From Octopus sinensis (lineage: Eukaryota): a stretch of DNA of 64,000 bases. Position 1 is the stretch's first letter, and every line of letters begins with the position of its first letter. This document shows positions 34,897 through 47,309 of the stretch, in pieces. The position numbers and the translations under genes were made by a program. The stretch lies in assembly GCF_006345805.1 (NCBI RefSeq), contig NC_043014.1, forward strand, positions 44,144,001-44,208,000, given 5' to 3'. Below the pieces are notes generated by a model. That model was not told the DNA's origin. It made no database searches and worked only from the letters and a program-made list of their open reading frames with translations.

Positions 34897-35744
34897 GTAA
34901 TTTCAGCGATTTCTGATCGGTCCGGTTACATATGGATGAATTATGATAGTACGTACCTAATCTATGAAGAGGCGTGAATGAGAAGTCGTGCAATAGCAGG
35001 GTGTCATGAATCAGTCTCCCGTTAATCAGTCGCAAGGGACATTGTGGAGATAACAAGCGGCCATATACAACACCAGATTATATGCACGGTTTCGAACTCA
35101 CTTGAAATACTATTTACCGACCCTACGAAAACAAGGGGAACGAACCAGTAATTTTTTTTTCTTTTTAAGTACGGCTTGCACATCTTCGTACCTTCGCGTT
35201 AATATTCGGATCATATGGAAGCTTGAGCTCCGTTAAATCTGTATCCTGAGGTTTCCCCTTTCATCAATCATGGGGGGGGGGGATCATCGAGGCAACAAGC
35301 GACCATATTTGAGACCATACTTCCGGGCTGTGTCCTTGCTGCCTTACCGCTGCCAGACCACCTAAAATATACCGACTATACAAATATGTATGGACCAAGT
35401 GGGCATGTTTGCTCTTGCGCAAGGCTTTCACTTCCTGGTGTTTCAGGACGGTCAAATTCCTAACTTGACCAAAAACACCGAAGTCAACTGGAGGTCACGT
35501 CGTCTGTTTTGATGCTAAAGTCTGGCTTTGGCTTGACGTCGAATTTTACAGCTCTTCAAGATCTACGACCTACTTTATCTTTGAATATTAATTCAGTCCT
35601 ATTTTAGTTTTTAAAATTTTTTTTTATGTAGCTCAACTTTAATATTATTTTGAAAAATAGTTGAAAGCCAGTAACAAACTACAATAGACTTAAACATTTC
35701 TCTACCTGGACTTTCTGCTCTCGTACACTTCAGCAGTGTGGGGG

Positions 35745-36238
35745 CGCGTGGCTTAGTGGTTAGGGTGTCAGCATCATGATCGTAAGATTGTGGTTTCGAT
35801 TCCTGGACCGGGCGACGCGTTGTGTTATTGAACAAAACACTTCATTTCACGTTGCTCCAGTCCACTCAGCTGGCAAAAATGAGTAACGCTGCGATGGACT
35901 GGCGTCCCGTCCAGCTGGGGAGAACACATACGCCATAGAAACCGGGCCCATGAGCCTGGTTAGGCTTTAAAAGGGCGCATTTATTTGTGGAGGCGCAATG
36001 GCCCAGTGGTTAGGGTAGCGGACTCGCGATCGGAGGATCGTGGTTTCGATTGTATGTGTTTATTTGAGTGAAAACGCCTAAAGCTCCACGAGGCTCCTGC
36101 AGGAGGTGGGTGGCGACCCCTGTTGTACTCTTTCGCCCCAACTTTCTCTCACTCTTCCTGTTTCTTGAGTAACGCTGCGATGGACTGGCGTCCCGTTCAG
36201 CTGGGGGGAACACATACACCACAGAAAAGGGGCGCATA

Positions 36239-36240
<2 letters not shown>
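35745..36240 (+). mobile_element. Two adjacent family B-type SINEs followed by (TAA)n
   Basis: Heads GGGGCGCGTGGCTTAGTGGTTAGGG and GGAGGCGCAATGGCCCAGTGGTTAGGG, with shared 3' ends. Confidence 0.8.
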
Positions 36241-36280
<40 letters not shown>

Positions 36281-36896
36281 AATAACACTTCAGCTGCACC
36301 TCTCCTGCCCATGAATTACACTGGACTCCTCTGTTTATGAAACATTTTTAAATATGGCTACACGAATCATGATTTAATCCTTAAGCTGAGTGAATATTTT
36401 TTTTAAATTCGAAATTTCTTAACTATATTGCAATTATACTCTCTGAGCTTAACAGAACATTTTATTTATATATGCATGTTATCTATAAGCATAAAATATT
36501 TTCGTTTGTTATAATGCAATCTTTTCTATCATTGATTAACGGACAGGGTTATCTACACTGGAGCCAACGGTTTCCTGTATTGTAAACTGAAATCTGCAAC
36601 GACACCCAGTGTGAAAATGAACGAAAATGTCGCATTTAAGAGAATTAAAATAAAATTTGCCTTGTAAATAGCATTTTTTATGAGATAAATAATAAATTGT
36701 GATTCTGAAATTGATTTCTAGGAAGCGACTGTAATCTAGGCACAAAAATAAAAGCAGCATCGGAGAGACGATGCATACTCTGCGCGCAGATAATTTTTTT
36801 TCGCAAATTATAGTGTAGCTTACAATTCGTTGCTTACCCACGCTTTTTAATTGGACTGAATTTTTTTTATTTTTTAAGTATCACAATTCTTCTGCC

Positions 36897-37286
36897 GGAT
36901 CTTTTCGATTTGAACGGCAGTTTTTTCTAGCGGTGTCATATGAAATTGTCACCCATAATTATGACCCTAGTATCGATCTATTGCATTTCAATCTGTTTTA
37001 GGGTTAGGGTATCTTTTATTTTTCACAAATGTAAATAAACCCAATCTGTTTCTTAAACGAGGGACATATTCATACGGCACAGAATGTTTTTTTTTACCTC
37101 AATAGACGTCAGTGATTGGTTGAATTTGCAGAAATTGAAGAAAATATCTTACAAACTATAGAATTTTCTCAATAAAGCCAAGAGAAAAAGATGTTTTATA
37201 AACACATTCTACCAGTATACGAAGTTTTAAATTTTTTAGTTACATTGAAATTATGTTAAAAACTGCCGTTCAAACCGAAAAGATCC
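36897..37286. mobile_element. Merlin-type MITE
   Basis: TIRs and 8-bp TSD CTTCTGCC. Confidence 0.9.
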
Positions 37287-37869
37287 CTTCTGCCTACAGT
37301 AGAGGATATTTATTACCCTGCGTACGGAAGCATGGTATTGTGATAATTCGTCTGTGTGTGTGTGTCTATACAAAATTACTGGAAATCGGCTGAATAGATT
37401 TTCACCAAATTTGGCAGAGATACTCGTTGGGTGAGTGGCTCGAAATGAGCAGGAGTGGCTGTGACATAAGAAGCTTGCATCCCAACCATATTTCGTCTGG
37501 CGCTACGTTCTGAGTTCAAATTCCGCCGAGGTCGACTTTGCCTTTCATCCTTTCGGGGTCGATTAAATAAATACCAGCTTCGCACTGGGGTCGATATAAT
37601 CTACTTAATCCGTTTCTGCTATCAGATGCAGTGGACTCGTAGTTGAGTGCTTGAATAATACGTTATAGCTTCATCGGAGCCTCGAATATAAAGAGCAATT
37701 TATTTGGGGAAGAAATTACATTAGGGCATATAATATATATATATATATGGAAAGGCAATATCAATGATAGTGTCAATACAGGTGTATATTAAAAAGTGTA
37801 TATCCAAAAGGTTATTAGATGTAACAGTAGAATTATATGTATATATACATGTACCCCGAAGCACCCGCA

Positions 37870-37921
37870 GACACACACCACACACACATACATATGTATA
37901 CACACCACACACATATATATA

Positions 37922-37975
<54 letters not shown>

Positions 37976-38359
37976 CATATATATACATACATATATATAT
38001 ACATACTTTGATACTTGATACTTTGATAGGTTTCGGCCATTATTGGCCCAGGCCATGTCTAACTTAATAGCACCACCTGGTGAAGTCTTTCAAGTCAGAA
38101 TTTGGGCACTATGGCCCACTCAAGTAGAGAGTTATGTTTACAGAGACATATCCGGGTATGTAGGGGGTTTATCCGGGATTTCTGTCCAAAGACTTCTTGA
38201 ACCCTATAGGGTCAGTTTCTGTTTTAATGTGTTTTGGTGTAATGTTAAAGAGAGCGGGGCCAATTGAGGTGAAATAATTTATATATATATACATACTATA
38301 TATATACATATATATACATACATATATATATACATATATATACATACATATATATATAC

Positions 38360-38394
<35 letters not shown>

Positions 38395-38640
38395 ACATAC
38401 ATATATATACATACATCTATCTATTATACATATATATATATATACATTTATATATATATATACATACTATATATATACACATACATATATATATATACAT
38501 TTATATACATACATACATATATATATATATATACATACATATACATACATACATATATATATATATATACATACATATACATACATACATATATACTTAC
38601 ACACACACAGACATATATATATATATATATATATATATAC
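37870..38640. repeat. (TA)n/(TACA)n microsatellite field with an embedded CR1-like LINE 3' fragment (38040-38275, minus)
   Basis: Direct reading. The minus strand translates PIGFKKSLDR..PDKPP.PGYVSVN.NSLLEW. Confidence 0.75.
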
Positions 38641-38732
38641 GAGGGACGTATGAAAAGTTTTGAGCCTTCAAGGCCTTTGACCCTTGTACCATATTTTTTT
38701 TGAGGCTCAAGACTTTTCATACACACCTCGTA
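38638..38732. mobile_element. Tc1/mariner-like mini-MITE
   Basis: ~30-bp TIRs TACGAGGGACGTATGAAAAGTTTTGAGCCT / AGGCTCAAGACTTTTCATACACACCTCGTA, in a TA context. Confidence 0.7.
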
Positions 38733-38783
38733 TATGCACACACAAGCAAACATATTTATGCACACATATACACGCATATAGAT

Positions 38784-39042
38784 CGGTGGTTCTCAACCAT
38801 TTTCTACTTGTGGACCCCTTTGATTCTTATTTTACTTGGGGTAACGTGCCTCATAGTTATTCGATGTTTAAAAACTCCCATTATATTTTTATAATTAATT
38901 ATCAGGTTTTCTATCTAAAAAAAATGTTTACGTATTTTCGGTATTGTAGAAGTACAGTCAATTTATTTCACATACATTTTTTTAACAACAAAATCTTACA
39001 TGGACTCTGAAGAGTGATATGGGACCTGGTTGGGAACCACTG
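38784..39042. mobile_element. hAT-like MITE
   Basis: TIRs CGGTGGTTCTCAACC / GGTTGGGAACCACTG. Imperfect 8-bp TSD ATATAGAT / AAGTAGAT. Confidence 0.75.
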
Positions 39043-39464
39043 AAGTAGATACATAAAAGAAAATGAAATGAACGACATTTAAAATAACTACAAGCGTTTC
39101 TACGCATTTGTACACCCGTATTACATTTGTGAGATACTGTATAATCACTATTATGCATGCAAGATGCACCTCCTCAGATGATTGTTTAAATAATTCCTTC
39201 GTTAAATTCTACCGTCATTCCATTCCATGTCAGAATGCATACCCAAAATTCACGTGTCATATACAGCAGTTTACAGTCAAAAATTCTTTTCTCTCATTTA
39301 TCTATTTATATAAACTCGACGGATACTATGGAATTCCTGATGTATATCGATTAACAGGGATGTTGCCATTGTATGATGACACCAGGTAGCCAATAACTGC
39401 GGACGATCTTTGCATAACATTCTATAAGGGTTTTACCCGAATCTTAATATATATTATTTTATTC

Positions 39465-39719
39465 TGTTACTTGTTTCAGTCATTTGACTGCGGCCATGCT
39501 GAAGCACCGCCTTTAGTCGAACAAATCGACCCCAGAACTTATTCGTTGTAAGCCTGGTACTTATTCTATCGGTCTCTTTTGCCGAACCGCTAATTTATGG
39601 GGACGTAAACACGCCAACATCGGTTGTCAAGCGATGGTGGGGAGGACAAAGACGGACACGCAAACACATATATATATATTTGTATGTATATATACATATT
39701 TGTATGTATATATATATGT

Positions 39720-39759
<40 letters not shown>

Positions 39760-39810
39760 GTTTCTGTCTTTGTCCTCTCCACCATAGCTTGACAACCGAT
39801 GTTGGTGTGT
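39465..39810 (-). mobile_element. SINE family C (3' half, with internal microsatellite and a local duplication)
   Basis: Tail TTACTTGTTTCAGTCATTTGACTGCGGCCATGCTG. Confidence 0.8.
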
Positions 39811-39820
39811 TTACGTCTCC

Positions 39821-39860
<40 letters not shown>

Positions 39861-39869
39861 GATGGGTGA

Positions 39870-40830
39870 ATGGGTGTGATCTCCGTTCGTCAAACTGTTG
39901 CTTCCTAGGTTCACTAATTTTAGTGAATTCGAACCATGGATCAAACGTAGACCAAAGTCGGGTGCTTGGCAGGCCGAATGTCGTAAGTCACTCATGCTCC
40001 TCTGCCATACGGGTAATGCTGGTAGCGTGAGTTCCGCCTCGTCATTCTATAGAGGGCTTCGACGATGGTCAACTAGCCACCTGTTCCAAAGGACATTCGG
40101 GCCGGGACCGTTGGATAACTTCCAGAGGTCCCTATCCTGGCAATGTTGCCGAGGAACCTTATCAGTTCATGATAAACTCGCAGGGCACGGTGCCTCCTGT
40201 TCACCCAAGATGTGGGCAGAACAGTGAAACTGTTCCGCACACATTTGTGCAGTGTTCGGGAATTACAGAGCTGTGGGTTTACGACGAACGACTGCTGTCA
40301 CGCCTGGGGAGAATACAGTTGTCGTCCGAGTCAGTCACAGAGATTGTTCCACCCCGCTCTCTGAACAGAAAAGGTAAGGTTTGTTTTCTCGTAGTGGTCG
40401 CTATAGCGAAAGCGGTTATATGGAGGACACGAATGAAAGGATCGGTGACAGGTGTCTTCATCTCTGGCCAAGGATTGGCTAACTTCTTTGTTCTCCTTCT
40501 ACGAAAGGAAATAAGGCTAGAGATGAGGTGCCTGTTATCGGATACGTACGGTAAAAGATGGAAGCAAGGGGTATACATGCTGCGAATGAAAGATCCTGCG
40601 TGAGCCTAGACCATAAAGATTAAACCAAAAGGTCCAGTGGAGGAACGTGTCTTGCAGGATCTTAACCGTCTCCCCACTTCATTGCAGTGTTGTTTTGTTT
40701 GTTTTTCATTCGTTTTATTATCATAAATGTTTGATTATTCATTTCTATATATTTTCATACGCTTCCCGACCCCGTGTTCATTTTGTATCATCCCCTCTAT
40801 ATTTGGCCCTTGTGACTTGAATAAAATCCT
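39870..40830 (+). mobile_element. L1/Tx1-like LINE 3' end (ORF2 C-terminal zinc-binding region and 3' UTR)
   Basis: PRCGQNSETVPHTFVQC motif and ...GKRW at the ORF end. The UTR ends CCCCTCTATATTTGGCCCTTGTGACTTGAATAAAA. Confidence 0.8.
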
Positions 40831-41149
40831 TATTCTTATGCATTAGTAAAGTCGGTATATTTTGGATGGGCTGGCAGCTGTACGGCAAACTGTACGCGAC
40901 CCGGTGTCTACTCTCGAAAATAGTAGTTCTTCGTCCTGACGACATCATTCACGACTGATCTCAAAGGGGTCCATTTCACTGGCCACTGGTTTGTAAGCTC
41001 ACAGCTGTCGCATGATTTTGATTTTCGACTATTCGTACTTTGGTCATATACACTCGTAATTCAGTCGTATATAACTGGACCAATCAGGTATGATTGCAAC
41101 TATCAGGACAGAATTAACACTGAGGAGAGAAAAAAAACAGGATGGGTGG

Positions 41150-42260
41150 GGAGCGATGTTGTCCCTTCTAGCATAGCTCTGGTCATTGGTTTAAGCTATC
41201 TTACCGCGAAAAGGGGGCATGCTATTTTTTTGATGGAAGCACTCCGTCGGTTACGACGACGAGGGTTCCGGTTGATCCGATCAACGGAACAGCCTGCTCG
41301 TGAAATTAATGTGTAAGTGGCTGAGCACTCCACAGACACGTGTACCCTTAACGCAGTTCTCGGGGATAATCAGCGTGACACAGAGAGTGACAAGGCCAGC
41401 CCTTTGAAATACAGGTACAACAGAAACAGGAAGTAAGAGTGAGAGAAAGTTGTGGTGAAAGAGTACAGCAGGGATCACCACCATCCCTGCCGGAGCCTCG
41501 TGGAGATTTAGGTGTTTTCGCTCAATAAACACTCACAACGCCCGGTCTGGGAATCGAAACCGCGATCCTACGACCGCGAGTCCGCTGCCCTAACCACTGG
41601 GCCATTGCGCCTCCACGGGCATGCTATTATGATAAAGAGGAACACAACTCATTCACTGTTTGTATTAAGTTGCAAGTATATGAATTGTTCGTATACTTCG
41701 TAGGGCTATTTCTATCAATTCTTACAGAATCGTCCATTAGTTTCTAAGGAAATAATCCTCCTTTGTTGATTTCAAACCAAATGACATGAAAATTTTCTGA
41801 ACCTTTAACCAGGTCTTGTAAATACTGGTTTCAAATTTTGGCACAAGGCCAGCAAGTTCAGAGAGGAGGGGGTAAGCCAATTATATTGGCCCCAGTACTC
41901 AACTGGCATTTATTTTATTTACCCCCGAAAGAATGAAAGGTAAAGTCGACCTCGGCTGAATTTGAACTCTGAACGTAAAGACGGACGAAATGTCGCTAAG
42001 CCTGTTGTCCGGCGTGCTAACGATTCTGCAAGTTCGCTGCCTTATGTTTTGTAAATATTCCAAGAAAGAATAGATGCGTGGTGAACAACAGCTTTCCTTA
42101 TTCAGCTTTTCGTTTTCATCTTAAATTAACTATTCCATTGTTTCCACTTTCCTGTTTTCATTTCTTTGGCCAAATTTGACAGGCAAGGAACTGACTAAAG
42201 TGTTACATGCATTTAAGACATTGGAATCAACTAAGCGGTTTCAATTCTTAGCTGACGTGA
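41150..42260 (-). pseudogene. Type-II remnant, split by SINE B (41245-41615) and SINE A (41825-42045)
   Basis: The minus strand has AAGAATTGAAACCGC (~42250), ATGGACGATTCTGTAAGAATTGAT (MDDSVRID) and GGTAAGATAGCTTAAACCAATGACCAGAGCTATGCT. Confidence 0.6.
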
Positions 42261-42477
42261 AATTTTGCTTAGGGCTTAGATGCCCTTAGATATCTATGAA
42301 CGGAATATTTTGTCAGTTTCTGTTTAAAAAAAAAAAATTAACCAAAAAAAAAGATCGTGATGGTCATTCATAAAGAATTAATATTGGATGTTTGAGACTA
42401 TCAGAGCGAAACGTCAACTTTTATACGTCAGTCGTGGAGCGTCTCATTAGCAAACAAAACCTGTCATTTCGAATGAA

Positions 42478-42605
42478 GACTTTCATTGCCGGACATTTCG
42501 ACCGAAGAATTTCATTACCGGACATTTCGAGCGAAGAATTTCATTACCGGACATTTCGAGCGAAGAATTTCATTACCGGACATTTCGAGTGAAGAATTTC
42601 ATTAT
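42478..42605. repeat. 29-bp minisatellite x4
   Basis: GAAGAATTTCATTACCGGACATTTCGAGC units. Confidence 0.9.
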
Positions 42606-42958
42606 CGTAGCAATTCGCAAGTTTTATTCGATTCGTTATATACAAATTTGGTTTTCTGTGGGTAGCATTTTAGTATTCGATCCCACAATCATATCTTACA
42701 TCATGTAAAAATCGTACTCGTTTTCCTGCAAAGTCCACGGTGTGAAGCTACTATAATATGACCAAGAAATTACAATTATTAAAGTCATCTTTGTCAGAGC
42801 AGTCACTAATTGAAATGTCTCGTTTGTATTTAAATTTATTTACAATTATTTTTAAAAGCAATTAAAATATTTTAAAAGATAATATACGAAGTACATCTAA
42901 AAGTAAATTTAAAAATCAGGAACGATCGAATCGAGAAAGTTGAAGTTCGTTACAGATT

Positions 42959-44071
42959 TTAAACAGCTGAAAAATTCGTAACCAACCTCGGTGCACACAA
43001 CAGAATCAACAGTATGGCACTACCGATTAAAACGGACAGAATAATCCAGTCATAATGTATATAAATGATTATGCTAGCAGACAACACACTAAGTGTGGCA
43101 CATAGGATGCAGTGAGCATATCTTATTTTCGAGATACCTGGGGTTGGTTTCGAAAACGGATAGACGAAGCAGAGAACTGCCAACGAGTTGGCGCCAATAA
43201 CGGCGTGCAGAACAATTGTCCAGTACTCTGCAGTGTCTAGATTAGACTTTGCAAGCTGCACTAAACACATGATACTGGAATATAAACAAAATAACGACAG
43301 CAGTATGTAGCTGAACATCAAGAAACCGGGCAAACGATAATAAGTGGTAGTGTGTTGTTGGTTTTGTTGATGCTGCGGTTGTTGTTGTTCTTGTTGCTGT
43401 TGTTCTTGTTGTTGTTGTTGCTGTTGTTGAGATCCTCCCGGCGTGGTCGTTTCTAGGTTTTCATCGATGGAAGTTAGTGATAGGCGACGTGTTGTCCTCG
43501 ATTCATTCGATGGCCGTAGCAAATTGTCCATATTTATATAATTATTCCTAGCTTCATTTGATGTCTGTAGCGAACTGTCCATATCTAGATAATTACCCCT
43601 AGCTTCATTCGATGTCTGTAGCGAACTGTCCACAACTAGATAATTACCCCTCGCTTCATTCGATGTCCGTAACGAATTGTCCATATCTAGATAATCACTG
43701 CCCGATTCATTTGATGTCAGTCGCGAATTGTCCATATCTAGATAATCACTGCCCGATTCATTCGATCTCCGTAGCGAATTGTCCATAATTAGATAATTAC
43801 TCGTAGAACTATCTGCATAATTATCTTCATCATCCGTATAATTATCTTCATTATCTGCAGAACTACCTCCGTTGTCCACAAAACTACTTTCGTTGTCCAC
43901 AGAACTACCTTCGTTGTCCACAGAAATACCTTCGTTGTCCACAGAAATACCTTCGTTGTCCACAGAATTAACTGGATTAGTTCTTTCCGGGTTCTCCATT
44001 ATTTCTTCGTATATATTTTCCGTTTGCTGGTTTTCTTCGTATACATCGTCCATTTGCTGATTTGAAGCCAT
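42959..44071 (-). CDS. Tetraspan family paralogue G7 (370 aa from MASNQQ): 7-aa and 17-aa repeats with YxxM motifs, poly-Q, four TM segments
   Basis: The ATG at 44071 aligns with the G1 start. RTTRRLSL..ENLETT precedes TM1; YWTIVLHAVIGANSL and HCILCATLSVLSASII follow. Confidence 0.85.
   Translation of the reverse strand: MASNQQMDDVYEENQQTENIYEEIMENPERTNPVNSVDNEGISVDNEGISVDNEGSSVDNESSFVDNGGSSADNEDNYTDDEDNYADSSTSNYLIMDNSLRRSNESGSDYLDMDNSRLTSNESGSDYLDMDNSLRTSNEARGNYLVVDSSLQTSNEARGNYLDMDSSLQTSNEARNNYINMDNLLRPSNESRTTRRLSLTSIDENLETTTPGGSQQQQQQQQEQQQQEQQQPQHQQNQQHTTTYYRLPGFLMFSYILLSLFCLYSSIMCLVQLAKSNLDTAEYWTIVLHAVIGANSLAVLCFVYPFSKPTPGISKIRYAHCILCATLSVLSASIIIYIHYDWIILSVLIGSAILLILLCAPRLVTNFSAV
43500..43970 (-). 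repeat. Coding 51-bp (17-aa) and 21-bp (7-aa) tandem repeats in G7
   Basis: SNESGSDYLDMDNSRLT-type units (six Tyr) and SVDNEGI-type units. Confidence 0.9.
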
Positions 44072-44156
44072 CTGAATGAAAAGTTTCCCCCTCTCGCTCT
44101 TCAATATTAGCAGTTGCCTATGTTTTGTATTTGTTACTTAAAAAAAAACGACACTA

Positions 44157-45388
44157 TATTTCTTTATTACCCACTAGGGGCCACGAAGAGGGAACATTAC
44201 AAAACATGGGAGACACAAAACAATGCGATTAAAATTATGAATAAATGAATGTTAAAATGAAAAAATGATCACATGAAAGCGATGCTAACGGCCCCCTCCG
44301 CCAGCATCACTTACCTTTCCGTTTCCTATCACGATTCCAAAGTCTTTCACCTCACCTTTCATTTCTCTTTCATACCTCTCTATCATATCATCCTTCATAT
44401 ATGCTGAAAAACAATTTATACGTAGTTCATTACACTTGCTCATCAAAGAGCCCATAAGTTCAAAATCGAACACCGCATAGCTACCGTCTTCATACTCTTG
44501 CCATACATTGTCTTCAAAAAGCCTTCTTGCGTTCTCGGTATCCCCCTTCCTCACAACACATAAAAAGTAGGACTGGGGCTTTTGTATGTTCTGTGTGTCT
44601 GTTTTCGTTTTTCTTGTAGGCGGGGAGTGGGTGGTATTGCTGTTTGCAGGGGCAGGATGGGTCTCCAAGGGTGTGGGTGGTGTTGGGGTGGGTTGGGGCT
44701 TCGCACAGTTTTTCCTTTTCTTTCCTTTTCTCTTCTTTCTGCCCTCCTCACACTCTTTTTGCATCTCCTCCTCCTCTGTCGTTTCCCTTTCCGTCTGCTT
44801 CTCTTTAATTTCTTCCTCTTTTGGGGCCTCCTCTTTTGGAGCTTCCTCAACGATTTCCTTTTCTCTTGGTGGGGGAGGGCAGAAGGCTCTTATGTGGCCC
44901 CTCAGGCCACACTTGTAACAACGTGGAGCTCTGCCCTCCACCCACACTCTCATAATCACGTCTCCCAATTTAATGCTTTCCGCCAGGTCCACCAGCACCT
45001 CGTTCTCCGCCTGCACGTTCAGCTCCACTGTTACGCCTCTCCAGCCCTCGGTCTTGACCGAGGCATGGAGAATATCCACTTTCTCCTCGTGGCCGCTGAT
45101 CACAGCCGCCACAATCCACTCAGCCTCAACGTTTGGTGGCACTCCCTCCACCCTTACTCGTGTAATCCTTCTATTCAAGTACATTGATAAAAGTGTTACC
45201 TTTTCTGACTTCACTGTCTTCACCGCCATCTTCCTCGCTGCAGTCTCACTTTTAAAATGTACCACTACAGTACCGTGCTTCGATCCTCGAGTCAGAAAAA
45301 TGATTTCCTCCTCCGATCTTCTCAGGGCTTCCTCTATCCATTCCAAATTTACAACCTCTATTTTCTTTCTTTCGTTCGCGAACACCCT
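44157..45388 (-). mobile_element. ORF1-only element, subfamily A, copy 3 (5'-truncated) inside the G7 upstream block
   Basis: Closely similar to 1157-2388. The host block ...GATGGAATAGTTTATTTAAG lies immediately 5' of it. Confidence 0.85.
44285..45385 (-). CDS. ORF1p-like zinc-knuckle protein, 5'-truncated but otherwise open
   Basis: 366-aa open frame nearly identical to the ORF at 923-2260. Confidence 0.7.
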   Translation of the reverse strand: MFANERKKIEVVNLEWIEEALRRSEEEIIFLTRGSKHGTVVVHFKSETAARKMAVKTVKSEKVTLLSMYLNRRITRVRVEGVPPNVEAEWIVAAVISGHEEKVDILHASVKTEGWRGVTVELNVQAENEVLVDLAESIKLGDVIMRVWVEGRAPRCYKCGLRGHIRAFCPPPPREKEIVEEAPKEEAPKEEEIKEKQTERETTEEEEMQKECEEGRKKRKGKKRKNCAKPQPTPTPPTPLETHPAPANSNTTHSPPTRKTKTDTQNIQKPQSYFLCVVRKGDTENARRLFEDNVWQEYEDGSYAVFDFELMGSLMSKCNELRINCFSAYMKDDMIERYEREMKGEVKDFGIVIGNGKVSDAGGGGR

Positions 45389-45540
45389 TAATCTTAAATA
45401 AACTATTCCATCGTTTCGTCTTGGGTCTTTCTATTTTCTTTGGTCGATCAAAATTTCATGAATGCAGATCATTGTAAGCTACGAAACGGTTTCAATTCAT
45501 AGCTAACGTTATCAAATTGCTTCTAATGTCAATGTTTCTT

Positions 45541-45946
45541 ATTTCTTTATTACCCACAAGGGGCTAAACATAGAGGGGACAAACAAAGACAGACAAAGGG
45601 ATTAAGTCGATTATATCGACCCCAGTGCGTAACTGGTACTTAATTTATCGACCTCGAAAGGATGAAAGGCAAAGTCGACCTCGGCGGAATTTGAACTCAG
45701 AACGTAGTGGCAGACGAAATACCTATTTCTTTACTACCCACAAGGGGCTACACACAGAGAGGACAGACAAGGAGATTAAGTCGATTACATCGACCCCAGT
45801 GTGTAACTGGTACTTAATTTATCGACCCCGAAAGGATGAAAGGCAAAGTTGACCTCGGCGGAATTTGAACTCAGAACGTAGCGGCAGCCGAAACACCGCT
45901 AAGCATTTCACCCGGCGTGCTAACGTTTCTGCCAGCTCGTCGCCTT
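45541..45946 (-). mobile_element. SINE family A with a duplicated body
   Basis: Flanked by the duplication AATTGCTTCTAATGTCAATGTTTC. Confidence 0.85.
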
Positions 45947-46127
45947 AATTGCTTCTAATGTCAATGTTTCATGAGCAGGATGGATACGAGTACTCGTTTC
46001 CAAAGAAATATGTGCACTTTTCCCGGCGATACTTTGCTTTATTGTTCTACACGAGTGATTATACAGATACAGTAATGGATTTTACAACCAAACTCGACGG
46101 CCCACCTTGACTCACGGTGGAATGGAT

Positions 46128-46510
46128 GGAAGCACTCCGTCGGTTACGACGATGAGGGTTCCGGTTGATCCGAATCAACGGAACAGCCTGCTCGTGAAAT
46201 TAACGTGTAAGTGGCTGAGCACTCCACAGACACGTGCACCCTTAACGTAGTTCTCGGGGATATTCAGCGTGACACAGAGAGTGACAAGGCCGGCCCCTTG
46301 AAATACAGGTACAACAGAAACAGGAAGTACGAGTGAGAGAAAGTTGTGGTGAAAGAGTACAGCAGGGATCACCACCATCCCCTGCCGGAGCCTCGTGGAG
46401 CTTTTAGGTGTTTTCGCTTAATAAACACTCACAACGCCCGGTCTGGGAATCGAAACCACGATCCTATGACCGCGAGTCCGCTGCCCTAACCACTGGGCCA
46501 TTGCGCCTCC
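46128..46510 (-). mobile_element. SINE family B
   Basis: Full copy, nearly identical to 41245-41615 and 53118-53500. Confidence 0.85.
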
Positions 46511-46659
46511 ACTCAACATTTTATAATAGTCTGATACATTAATATTATTGTTTGTTTTCAAATTACCAGAACTTATCATAAATAGTATTTCTTTTTTGTT
46601 CATTTTAATTTCGAAGTATTTCACTTTATCCTCGTAATTATCCAATTTCTTTTTATCAG

Positions 46660-46985
46660 ATACGAACAGTATCGCCCGGCGTTGCTCGGGTTTGTAAGGG
46701 AAATAACTATATAAGCATTTTTAGAGAGTTATAGCCAAAAAATAGCAAAAAAATGGAAAAAAAATGATGGTAAATTTTTTAAAAATCGTTGACTCACCGT
46801 AGACATTTTTAGAGAGTTACTTCCCTTTTATAATAGCGAAAAAATGCATTAAAATGGAAAAAAATGATGGTAATTTTTTTTTTAAATCGTAGACTCATCG
46901 TATACGCGCGCTAATACCCAGAAGGGATCGATATGAATCACGACTATAAGATACCCGGTTTTGGTTAAACTGCACCGCAAAATGT
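46660..46985 (+). mobile_element. Non-autonomous Helitron-like element
   Basis: 5' motif CAGTATCGCCCGGCGTTGCTCGGGTTT and an internal direct repeat. Resemblance only. Confidence 0.5.
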
Positions 46986-47225
46986 GGGTTGTCAAGCAAT
47001 GCTAGGGGGACAAACACAGACACACAAAAATATACACACACATACATATATATATATATACATATATACGACGAGCTTCTTTCAGTTTCCGTCTACCAAA
47101 TCCACTCACTGGTCGGTCCGAGGCTCTAGTAGAAGACACTTGCCCAATGTGCCACGCAGTGGGACTGAAATCGGAACCATGTGGTTGGGAAGCAAGCTAC
47201 TTACCACACAGCCACCCCTGCGTCT
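46985..47225 (-). mobile_element. SINE family C, 5' half
   Basis: Head and CORE-like segment (TTGGGCAAGTGTCTTCTACTA on minus). Confidence 0.8.
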
Positions 47226-47309
47226 GGGAATACTTTTCTTCTTTCGTGTCACCAATGTCACCTTGAAAAGCGTTACGGTCGTTACTTTTTTACCCAGTAT
47301 GGACGACGC

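Noticed and set aside
35200-35560. Coding-like GC-richer patch (ORF 35264-35455); also 58107-58374
   Set aside because: No motif I can assign. These are probably old transposon debris and are left unannotated.
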